64,000 nt of DNA, taken from assembly GCA_963674745.2 (NCBI GenBank), contig CAXXDV010000001.1, positions 1,664,001 through 1,728,000 of the forward strand, given 5' to 3'. Under the pieces are notes generated by a model. The model had not been told where the DNA came from. It did no database searches and saw only the letters and a program-made list of their open reading frames with translations. The DNA is from Desulfosudaceae bacterium (lineage in GTDB: Bacteria > Desulfobacterota > Desulfobacteria > Desulfobacterales > Desulfosudaceae). Numbering within the stretch: the first letter of the stretch is position 1; each line of letters opens with the position of its first letter. Below are positions 39,098 through 47,423 of this stretch, in pieces. The position numbers and the translations under genes were made by a program.

Positions 39098-40423
39098 TCA
39101 CTGTTTCATAAGATATTCGGCTACGGCCTGATAGGCCGGCAGCGAGGTCGGGTCGATCTTAGCATTCTTTGCCACGGGAAAAGAGGAAAAGCGTACGATT
39201 ACCATCTCTGCGGCCGGGTCTATATATATCGTCTGCCCGTGTACCCCCCGGGCGGCAAAAGCCCCGTGCTTATTATGAAAAACCCACCACATACTGCGAT
39301 AGCTGCCGCCGGCGAGGGTTTTGTAACCCGCCCTGGCAAAAGCAGCCCTGTCGCCTCCGGCCCGGATCTTGTCGGTAACCGCTTTCTGGAACAACCGTTG
39401 TCCATTGATCTCGCCGCCGTCAAGCATCAACAGGCCGATGCGTCCCAAATCCCGCAAACCGGCGCTGAGCCCCCCGCCCGCGAATGGCGTACCCTTGGCG
39501 TCCACCGTCATATACCCGTCCTGTTCCGCACCCATCCTGCTCCAGATGCGCTCTGACAGCAGTTGTGCCAGGTCCTTGCCGGTTGCCCGCGAGACAATCC
39601 ATCCCAGGGCATCCGTATTGACGGTTTTGTAGCCAAAAGTGTCGCCATGAGCACCCTTTTGTTTGACGGTTTGGAGATATTCGAAATAGCCATTGGGGCC
39701 TATGTAGCCCCCGGGTTTGGGTAAAGGGCTTGCCGCTTTTGAATATACCCAGATGTCGGCTTCGGGGTCGGCGTAGTCCTCGCTGTAATCAAGAGCGGTG
39801 GTCATGTCCATGATCTGGCGCACGGTGGCACTCCCGAACGCGCTTTCCTTGAGCTCGGGAACCAGGGTTTCAACCCTGGCCGTTTCATCAAGCCGGCCCT
39901 CTGCCACGAGAATCTCGGCCAGGAGCCCTGTCAGGGACTTGGTCATGGACATGGCCGCATGCTTACCCGCCTCGTTCAAAGCGCCGAAGTATCGCTCATA
40001 AACGACGTTACCCTTGTGAATGATGAGAATCCCGTCCGTGTAGTTCGCCGATAGCGATTCCTTCCAGGTCATCGGATCTTTGCCGCCGATGGGCGTAAAG
40101 GTCAGCTCATCGATTCCCTGTTTTAAGGCGTACTTCAGCGGTACCGGTGCGCCGATGCCCCGGCTGACTTGTTTTGTGGGCATGAGTTCACGGATGTGGC
40201 ATACGGTCCAGCGCAGTTTCGGAAAGCTGAAGAAGTCGGATTCCGGCTGCATGATCAGCTTTTCGGCCGGCGGCGGAAAACCCTTCATCCAACCCAGTAC
40301 GGCCGGGTCGGACGCTTCTGCGCTCAGCGGATTGACGGTTTGCGCATAGGCACCGCCCGATATGGCCAGCAGGACAATCCCTCCGATGAGTCCCAGCAAA
40401 GACGTTCGATTAAGAAGCAACAT
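39098..40423 (-). CDS. Exported serine hydrolase, beta-lactamase superfamily (6-aminohexanoate-dimer hydrolase NylB-like)
   Basis: Signal peptide; SMTKS (SxxK), FGYKTVNT, LRDLGRIG, ARGVHGQTIYIDP. Confidence 0.88.
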   Translation of the reverse strand: MLLLNRTSLLGLIGGIVLLAISGGAYAQTVNPLSAEASDPAVLGWMKGFPPPAEKLIMQPESDFFSFPKLRWTVCHIRELMPTKQVSRGIGAPVPLKYALKQGIDELTFTPIGGKDPMTWKESLSANYTDGILIIHKGNVVYERYFGALNEAGKHAAMSMTKSLTGLLAEILVAEGRLDETARVETLVPELKESAFGSATVRQIMDMTTALDYSEDYADPEADIWVYSKAASPLPKPGGYIGPNGYFEYLQTVKQKGAHGDTFGYKTVNTDALGWIVSRATGKDLAQLLSERIWSRMGAEQDGYMTVDAKGTPFAGGGLSAGLRDLGRIGLLMLDGGEINGQRLFQKAVTDKIRAGGDRAAFARAGYKTLAGGSYRSMWWVFHNKHGAFAARGVHGQTIYIDPAAEMVIVRFSSFPVAKNAKIDPTSLPAYQAVAEYLMKQ

Positions 40424-40447
40424 GTTCTTTCCTTCATGTTTACCGTG

Positions 40448-40543
40448 GGTTAACGGCGTCTGAAGTCAATGGCAGCCAGGGCTTCCACCGACTTTTCTGG
40501 ACCCGAATGCCCTGGCTGTCCACTTGAGCTTCGTCAGTTCTTA
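40448..40543 (-). mobile_element. attC-like site (degenerate)
   Basis: Minus strand TAAGAAC-TGA…TCAAGTGGACAGCCAGGGC…GCCCTGGCTGCCATTGA…GTTAACC; the upstream gene's stop lies inside the site. Confidence 0.55.
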
Positions 40544-41115
40544 ATTATTTCAATATCAGGTAAATTGTCAGCCACTTCCTGAAATGAGTTTGATGATTCC
40601 AGAACTTCCTTGATTTCAGGTAGTGGGTCTGACCATATTTCTTGTAAATCTGCCTCACCCTCATTAACGATTTGGAAAGCAAGTTTTTCTACGGGAGGTA
40701 TGAATTCTGTAAAGATATCTTCTTTATTCCCTCTTGCATCAATGCGATACCATCCAATATCTGGTAAATATACAGCATTGAGGCCATGTAAGCAGAATGG
40801 CGGCTTATCATTTTCAACGGTAAGCCGCTGATAACAGAGTCCTGTCGGGATTCTGTTTGCTCTGAGCAAAGCGGCCAATAGATGACTTTTGGCATAGCAA
40901 AATCCTGTTTTGTGTTCGAGTACATCTGAAGCTTTGCATGTAACAGGATTGAGTTGGTAATCGTTGCTATGCTTTATTTCATCACGGACATATATAAAAC
41001 ATTTTTTTGCGATTTCCACTGAACGATCAATGCCTTGAGCAAGAGCCTTTGCTTTCGTCAAGACTTTGGGATTATCCCAGTCAATGATTGCACTTGATAT
41101 CAAATATTTGTTCAT
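40534..41115 (-). CDS. Transglutaminase-like (Cys-His-Asp) protein
   Basis: GFCYAKSHLLAALLRA, LHGLNA, WYRIDARG; visibly more AT-rich than neighbouring genes. Confidence 0.88.
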   Translation of the reverse strand: MNKYLISSAIIDWDNPKVLTKAKALAQGIDRSVEIAKKCFIYVRDEIKHSNDYQLNPVTCKASDVLEHKTGFCYAKSHLLAALLRANRIPTGLCYQRLTVENDKPPFCLHGLNAVYLPDIGWYRIDARGNKEDIFTEFIPPVEKLAFQIVNEGEADLQEIWSDPLPEIKEVLESSNSFQEVADNLPDIEIIKN

Positions 41116-41268
41116 AAGTTCATTTTAGCATGGGCGCTGACTTTATTATTGTGATTTTCGTTTTTCGTGTGGAAAAGTATTCTTTTAGCAGTTAAATCAA
41201 TATAAAAACTTATGTCAATAAATTAAAATTCAATAAAACAAATCCGTTGATCTATAATTTATGAACTT

Positions 41269-41341
41269 TTATAACGGTTGAGATTAAACGCCGGGGGCAC
41301 AGACCCGGAGTCGTGATCATGGTTTGAATAATCTGATAATA
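41269..41341 (-). mobile_element. Possible decayed attC site
   Basis: Minus strand TATTATC-AGATTA-TTCAAAC…GTTTAA-TCTCAACC-GTTATAA; L boxes with an extra C are present, but the AAC triplet reads ATC. Confidence 0.3.
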
Positions 41342-41516
41342 TGGCTGCCGGTTAATACAGAACAGAAATTTTGGTCGGCTGAAATTTGGCGGTATTTAGA
41401 TAAGAAAAAAGATATCGATGCCCAGGGCCATGAAGTTTTTTATGTTTGTGTTGTGGTATGGTAATATTAAATAAGCACTTTTACTCACTGTTTTGGAATT
41501 AATCTTGGAAGTCGGT

Positions 41517-42827
41517 ATGGCCCGAAAATGTATTCTGATACTACTGGATGGTCTGGGTGACCGGTCCTATCGGCGTCTGGGCGGCCGGACCCCGCTTCAG
41601 GCCGCCGATACCCCGAACCTGGATCGTCTGGCGGCAGCCGGTGCCAACGGGTTGTATCATGCCGGCACGATCGGCCAGGCCCTGCCCAGTGAAAACGCGC
41701 ATTTTTCCATGTTCGGCTATGACATGGCCGATTTCCCGGGCCGGGGCGTTCTCGAGGCTTTAGGCGCGGGCCTGGAATGCCCGCCGGAGGCGGTGTTTCT
41801 GCTGTCCCATTTTGTCAGCCTTAAACAGGTCGGGCAAACCCTGGTGCTGGAGCAGAACAAACCCGAAATGACCGCAAAAGAGATTGCGGCACTGACCGAC
41901 TGTATCCGGACTTTTGAACATCCTGACGGCACGGTGACGTTTCATCCCATGAACGGTATCCGGGGCATTCTCCGTTTGGACGGCCGGGTGTCGCCGCAGA
42001 TAACGGATTCTGATCCGTTTGCCGACGGCAAGCCCCTGGTGTCGGTGCTTCCCTGGCGGACAGCGGCCGACCGGGAGGCGGCAGAAAATGCTGCCCGAAT
42101 TCTGCGCGCTTATCTTATCCGGGCGTATGAAAAACTGGCGCGTCATGAGGTGAACAAAAAGCGGCGGCCGGCCGGCCAAATGCCCGTAAACGGGCTGGTG
42201 ACCCAGCGGGCCGGGCAGTTGAAGACAGTTGTTCCGTTCCGGAAAAAATACGGCCTGCGAGGGTTGATCATGGCTTCCGGCCCGGTTTACTGGGGCCTGG
42301 GAAGCTATCTTGAAATGGCGGTTAAAAAAGTAAAGGACAGCCGTGACCCGGGGGCGGATCTGGCCGAACGGCTGAATACGGCCCGCGCAGAATCAGCAGA
42401 ATATGATTTTGTCCATGTGCATACCAAGGCGCCGGATGAAGCTGCCCACACCAAGGACCCCGTCCGGAAAAAAGATGTTATCGAGTCCCTGGATGCCGGA
42501 CTGGGTCTGTCCCTGGAACCGTTTTTAAACGACCCCGACCTGCTGACAGTGGTCACGGCCGATCACTCCACGCCCAGTGCCGGGCCACTGGTCCACTCCG
42601 GAGAAAGCGTGCCCCTGGCCATGGTCGGGCCGGGTATCCGGCAGGACGGCGTGAAACGTTTTGACGAGGTCAGCGCGGCGCCGGGGGCGCTGGGCATGAT
42701 CCGGGGAAGGGAGCTCATGCTGCTGATTTTAAACCACCTGGACCGGGCCAAGCTGGCCGGCATAATGGATACGCCCGAAGACCAGCCGTACTGGCCGGGT
42801 GATTATGAACCTTTTACAATCGATTGA
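41517..42827 (+). CDS. 2,3-bisphosphoglycerate-independent phosphoglycerate mutase, ApgM-like (alkaline phosphatase superfamily)
   Basis: LDGLGDR, TPLQAADTPNLD, PSENAH, GRGVLEALG, HTKAPDEAAH, TADHSTP, HSGESVP. Start taken as ATG 41517. Confidence 0.85.
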   Translation: MARKCILILLDGLGDRSYRRLGGRTPLQAADTPNLDRLAAAGANGLYHAGTIGQALPSENAHFSMFGYDMADFPGRGVLEALGAGLECPPEAVFLLSHFVSLKQVGQTLVLEQNKPEMTAKEIAALTDCIRTFEHPDGTVTFHPMNGIRGILRLDGRVSPQITDSDPFADGKPLVSVLPWRTAADREAAENAARILRAYLIRAYEKLARHEVNKKRRPAGQMPVNGLVTQRAGQLKTVVPFRKKYGLRGLIMASGPVYWGLGSYLEMAVKKVKDSRDPGADLAERLNTARAESAEYDFVHVHTKAPDEAAHTKDPVRKKDVIESLDAGLGLSLEPFLNDPDLLTVVTADHSTPSAGPLVHSGESVPLAMVGPGIRQDGVKRFDEVSAAPGALGMIRGRELMLLILNHLDRAKLAGIMDTPEDQPYWPGDYEPFTID

Positions 42828-42849
42828 TAACGGAATATTTTGATCTGCC

Positions 42850-43458
42850 ATGTCAGACCATAAAAACATAGACCCGGTCGAGGTGGGCGTCATTCACGGC
42901 CGATTTCAGATATTGCACAATGACCATCTCAAATATCTTCTGGCCGGCAAAGACTGCTGCCGCAGGCTGGTGGTGGGGATCACCAACCCCGATCCCCGCT
43001 TGACCGCAAAAGAAGCCAGCGCTCCGGAAAGGGATAACCCCCTGGCCAACCCCCTGACCTATTATGAAAGGCAGTGCCTGGTCACGGACGTGCTTCAGGC
43101 GCAGGGCCTGTCAGCCGCCGATTTTTCGGTGGTTCCGTTTCCGATTAATTTTCCCGAGTTGTACCGGTATTATCTTCCCCTGGAGGCCCTGTTTTTTCTG
43201 ACCATTTATGATGACTGGGGCAGGACCAAGCGCGACTATTTCAACTCCCTGGGTCTGCAAACCCGTGTGTTATGGGAGGTGCCGCCCGAGCAGAAAGGCA
43301 TCAGTGCTGCTGATGTGCGCCGGCGGTTGATGACCGGGCAGGCCTGGGAACACCTGGTGCCCCCGGTCGTGGCGGAGCGTCTTAAAGAGTGGCATGTTGC
43401 CGGGCGCCTGGCGGCATTGAACCGCCAGGCAACAGCACAAAACCGCCCAAAACGTTAG
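42850..43458 (+). CDS. Nicotinamide/nicotinate-nucleotide adenylyltransferase-like (cytidyltransferase family)
   Basis: HGRFQILHNDH (HxGH variant), VGITNPD, NPLTYYER, ISAADVR. Confidence 0.82.
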   Translation: MSDHKNIDPVEVGVIHGRFQILHNDHLKYLLAGKDCCRRLVVGITNPDPRLTAKEASAPERDNPLANPLTYYERQCLVTDVLQAQGLSAADFSVVPFPINFPELYRYYLPLEALFFLTIYDDWGRTKRDYFNSLGLQTRVLWEVPPEQKGISAADVRRRLMTGQAWEHLVPPVVAERLKEWHVAGRLAALNRQATAQNRPKR

Positions 43459-43539
43459 GCCTGTTGACATATAGACCCGATTTTGTTATATATAATACAA
43501 CATAAACGTTCTCCCCCGGCCGATAATTAGATTGCGAAC

Positions 43540-46500
43540 ATGATGGTGGATCCTGACAGCCTGAAAAAAGACGGTTTTGATCTCTACAAAAAAGGCGACC
43601 ATGAGGCGGCCCTCCGGCAGTTCAACGCTTCCCTCAATATGCAGCGGCATAATCCAGAAGCCTGGTATGGAAGGGCCAACTGCCTGATTCGGCTGGGGCG
43701 TCTCAACGACGCGCTTAACAGTTATGACCGTGCCGTTGATGGTGCCCCGTTTTATGCCAAAGCCTGGTTCGGCCGGGCCGTTGCCCTGCAGAAACTGGGT
43801 TTCCAGGACCAGGCCTTTATCTCTCTTAAGACATGCGTCGTCTATGCCCTGGACGGCGATACAGCTCAGAAAAAAAAGGCGGCCGAAGCGGTTGAGAAAT
43901 ATATCAAAAAAGGGCTCGAGCCCGTTCCGGACAGTGCCTTTGTGCTCATCGTACAGGGGTATAACCTGGCGGCGGATCATCAGGATTTTGTTCAATCCAT
44001 CGAATGTTTCGACAAAGCCATTCAGCTGAGCCCCGCTGTTTCCAAAGCCTGGCAGTTCAAGGCCATGAGCCTGAGCGCCCTGGGCCGTCTGGATGAAGCC
44101 ATTGCCGCTTATGAACAGGCGGTGGAAATCGAAGAACATAACGCGATCTACTGGTACAACAAAGCGGTCCTGCACAAAAATGCCGGACAGGCGGACAATG
44201 CTTGTCAGGATTTCATAAAAGCCATCGCGCTTTGCCCCGATTACCTCGAGGCCCTGAGCAACCTGGGTAATCTGCTGGGCATCATCAATCGGCCCGAAGA
44301 ATCTCTCAAATATCTCAAGCAGGCGGTGGAGATTTCGCCCGATGCTGAAAACCCCTGGTTTAACAAGGCCATGACCGAAGACCAGCTGGGCCTGACAGCC
44401 GAGGCGGTTTATTCCTATCAGCAGTTTCTGGATCTGGCGTCACCTGCCAATGCCAAACAGATCGAGCATGCCCGGGCCCGTATCCAGGCCCTGTCCGGCG
44501 ATTTTCAGAAATCCGCCGTAGTTACGGAGCAGGCGCCTTCAGGAAAACCGACCCCCCCGCCGCTGCCACAGGAAACAGACGCAGCGGCTGATCCGGAGGC
44601 GTCCGCTTTCTGGAACAGCAAAGGCATTGAATACTTTGAGCAGAACAACTTGAATGAGGCCATCGCCTGTTTTGACCGGGCCATAGACCTCAATCCCGCT
44701 TCGTTCCGTCCCCTGATGAACAAGTCCATTGCTTTAAGTGACCTGGGCCGTCATGAAGAGGAGCTGGCCTGCCTTGAAAAAGCGGTCAAGCTGGCCCCCG
44801 AAGAATTTGCCATCTGGCTTAACCTGAGCTCGGCACTGACCAATCTCGACCGTCTGGAAGAAGCCCTGGAAGCTGTTACCAGAGCACTGGCACTCAATCC
44901 GGACGACGGCCTGTCCTGGTATAACAAGGGTAAGATCCTGGTTGACCTGGATCGGCTGGAGGAAGCCCTGACCTGTTATGACCGGGCCCTGAAAATCGAC
45001 CCCCGGGACACCCATGCCCTGAACAACAAGGGCACCTGCCTGCTCCGCCTGGGCGACTACTACAATGCCAATGCCTGTTTCGAACAGGTAACGTCCATCA
45101 AGCCCGATCATATCTTTGCCTGGAACAACCAGGGAGAGGCCTTGAACAAGCTCAAGCGGTTTGACATGGCCATCAGGTGCTTTGAAAAGGCGCTGTCCTT
45201 AAGGGATTATGCCTCGCCCTGGTGCGGCAAGGGCGAGAGCCTTTTGAGCCTGGGCAAGCCGGAAGAAGCCCTGGCGGCGTTTACCAAAGCCCTTGACCAT
45301 CATTACATTTACACGGATGCCTGGCTGGGCAAAGCCCGGTGTGAAGAGCAGCTGGGCCTGGAAAGTGACCGGATCAACTCATTGAAGCGCTATATCGGAT
45401 TTGCGGCCGCGAAAAAAAGCGGTTTTGACGGGACCCAGGAGGACCTCGACAGGGCACGGCAGACCCTGCTCGACCTGGGGTTGCCGGAAGCGGAGCTGGA
45501 CGCGGAACTGGCCGACATCCGCGCCGTGGCCTTGACGCCGCCCAGAAAGCCCAAATTACGAGGCGGTTCCGGGGATTTTATCGGGCAGAAATATGAAGTC
45601 TACCGGGTCCTGGGCAAAGGCGGTTTCGGCGTGGTGTATCATGTTTTCAACCACGATACCGGACAGGTTCTGGCCTTAAAGACCTTCCGCGACGAGTATA
45701 TGAAGGATGAAAAAACCCGGGATCTGTTTAAAAAGGAGGCCCAGATCCTGGTGGATATGGATTCGCATCCCTTTCTCGTGGAAGATTATTTTGTGGATGA
45801 AGTTGCCGGCCGGATTTATATCGCCATGGAATACGTGGCCCCTGATGAAGACGGATTGAATACCCTGGAGGATTATCTGCGGCGTAAACCGCCCGACCTG
45901 GCCCTTTCCCTGCGCTGGGCCGTCCAGTTCTGCCTGGGCATGGAATTTACCGCTTCCCAGGGCATGAAGTGCCACCGGGACATCAAACCGCCCAACATCA
46001 TGATTACCCCGCAGAAAGACGTCAAGATATCGGACTTCGGCCTGGCCGGCATCGTGTCCGCCATTTTCCCGGCACCGGGCGGTGACGCAGGCCAGGTGCA
46101 GTCAGGCGCGGCCGTCCAGACCATGATGGGCGACAGTTTCGGCACGCCCACCCACATGCCGCCCGAGCAGTTTACCAACGCCGCCGCCTGTGATGAACGA
46201 AGCGATATTTATTCCTTCGGTATTGTGCTGTACCAGATGGCCTCGGGCGGTTCGTTGCCGTTTATGGCGCCTTACCCCAAAGACAACTCGCCCGCGGAAA
46301 TGAACCGGTTCTGGAAACAGATGCAGGAACTGCACGCGCTTTCTGCGCCGCCGCAACTGGATTCCCCGCTTTTACCCGTTATCCGGCGCTGTGTTGAAAA
46401 AGAGCCGGACAAGCGTTATCAATCCTTTGCCGATTTGCGGGCCGAGCTCGAACCCCTGCTGATGGAGCTGACCGGCGAAACCGTCATCCCGCCGGAACCG

Positions 46501-47388
46501 GCCGAGATGAATGCCGCGGCCTGGCTCAACAAGGGACTGAGCCTGAAAAACCTGGGGCAGCTTGATGAGGCCATTGCCTGTTATGACAGGGCCATTGAAA
46601 TGAATCCGCCCGCCCGCTCCATCTCCCTGGCCTGGAACAACAAGGGAAACTGCTTTCTCAATCGGGGCCGGAGCCAGGAGGCCCTGCAGTGTTTTGAGAC
46701 CGCCCTGCAGCACAATTCCATGAATGAAAAAGCCTGGTGCAACAAGGGGTTTGCCCTTCACAACCTGGGCCGGTTCAGCGAGGCCCTGGAGTGTTATGAC
46801 AAGGCCCTGAAAGCCGAGCCCGCCTACGCCATTGCCTGGGCCAACAAGTCAAACACCTATTTGAGCATGGGTGATTATGAAAAAGCCATCATCTGCGCCG
46901 ATGAAGCCATCAAGTTTGATAAAGGCAATGACGCCGCCTGGAACAACAAGGGCGCGGCCTACTTCGCCTCCGGTTATCTGCCCGAGGCCCTGACCTGTTA
47001 CCAGAACGCCCTGGCCGTCAATCCCAACGAGATGACCACCCATTACAACATGGGCCTGGTTTTTAATAACATGAAAAAATACAAGGAAGCGATTGAATGT
47101 TATGACCGGGTTCTGGCCATAAGGCCGAACTACGCGCATGCCTGGTGCAACAAGGGCAATACCCTGATGATTTTAAAAGAGTATGAACAGGCCATGGCCT
47201 GCCTGGACCGGGCCCGGCAGGCCGATCCCAAATATACTACGCCGCTTTATTACAAGGCCTATGTCATGCTGAATATGAAAAACAATAAGGAAGCCAAAAA
47301 GTACTTTGAGGCGTTTTTAAAGGTCACGCCGCCGAACAGCCCGGGCAGCGCGGTCGCGGATGCCAGGCAATGGCTGGCAAAATTATAA
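43540..47388 (+). CDS. TPR-repeat Hanks-type Ser/Thr protein kinase (TPR-kinase-TPR)
   Basis: LGKGGFGVV, ALK, HRDIKPPN, DFG, GTPTHMPPEQ, SDIYSFG; many 34-aa W(N/Y/C)NKG TPR units on both sides. Confidence 0.93.
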   Translation: MMVDPDSLKKDGFDLYKKGDHEAALRQFNASLNMQRHNPEAWYGRANCLIRLGRLNDALNSYDRAVDGAPFYAKAWFGRAVALQKLGFQDQAFISLKTCVVYALDGDTAQKKKAAEAVEKYIKKGLEPVPDSAFVLIVQGYNLAADHQDFVQSIECFDKAIQLSPAVSKAWQFKAMSLSALGRLDEAIAAYEQAVEIEEHNAIYWYNKAVLHKNAGQADNACQDFIKAIALCPDYLEALSNLGNLLGIINRPEESLKYLKQAVEISPDAENPWFNKAMTEDQLGLTAEAVYSYQQFLDLASPANAKQIEHARARIQALSGDFQKSAVVTEQAPSGKPTPPPLPQETDAAADPEASAFWNSKGIEYFEQNNLNEAIACFDRAIDLNPASFRPLMNKSIALSDLGRHEEELACLEKAVKLAPEEFAIWLNLSSALTNLDRLEEALEAVTRALALNPDDGLSWYNKGKILVDLDRLEEALTCYDRALKIDPRDTHALNNKGTCLLRLGDYYNANACFEQVTSIKPDHIFAWNNQGEALNKLKRFDMAIRCFEKALSLRDYASPWCGKGESLLSLGKPEEALAAFTKALDHHYIYTDAWLGKARCEEQLGLESDRINSLKRYIGFAAAKKSGFDGTQEDLDRARQTLLDLGLPEAELDAELADIRAVALTPPRKPKLRGGSGDFIGQKYEVYRVLGKGGFGVVYHVFNHDTGQVLALKTFRDEYMKDEKTRDLFKKEAQILVDMDSHPFLVEDYFVDEVAGRIYIAMEYVAPDEDGLNTLEDYLRRKPPDLALSLRWAVQFCLGMEFTASQGMKCHRDIKPPNIMITPQKDVKISDFGLAGIVSAIFPAPGGDAGQVQSGAAVQTMMGDSFGTPTHMPPEQFTNAAACDERSDIYSFGIVLYQMASGGSLPFMAPYPKDNSPAEMNRFWKQMQELHALSAPPQLDSPLLPVIRRCVEKEPDKRYQSFADLRAELEPLLMELTGETVIPPEPAEMNAAAWLNKGLSLKNLGQLDEAIACYDRAIEMNPPARSISLAWNNKGNCFLNRGRSQEALQCFETALQHNSMNEKAWCNKGFALHNLGRFSEALECYDKALKAEPAYAIAWANKSNTYLSMGDYEKAIICADEAIKFDKGNDAAWNNKGAAYFASGYLPEALTCYQNALAVNPNEMTTHYNMGLVFNNMKKYKEAIECYDRVLAIRPNYAHAWCNKGNTLMILKEYEQAMACLDRARQADPKYTTPLYYKAYVMLNMKNNKEAKKYFEAFLKVTPPNSPGSAVADARQWLAKL

Positions 47389-47423
47389 CGGCCCCCAAAA
47401 AATACAAATTTGTAGGTTGTTTT

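Noticed and set aside
47404..47413. Perfect ACAAATTTGT box between the kinase and glnE
   Set aside because: Single copy between convergent gene ends with no sigma54 promoter nearby; probably chance or part of a terminator.
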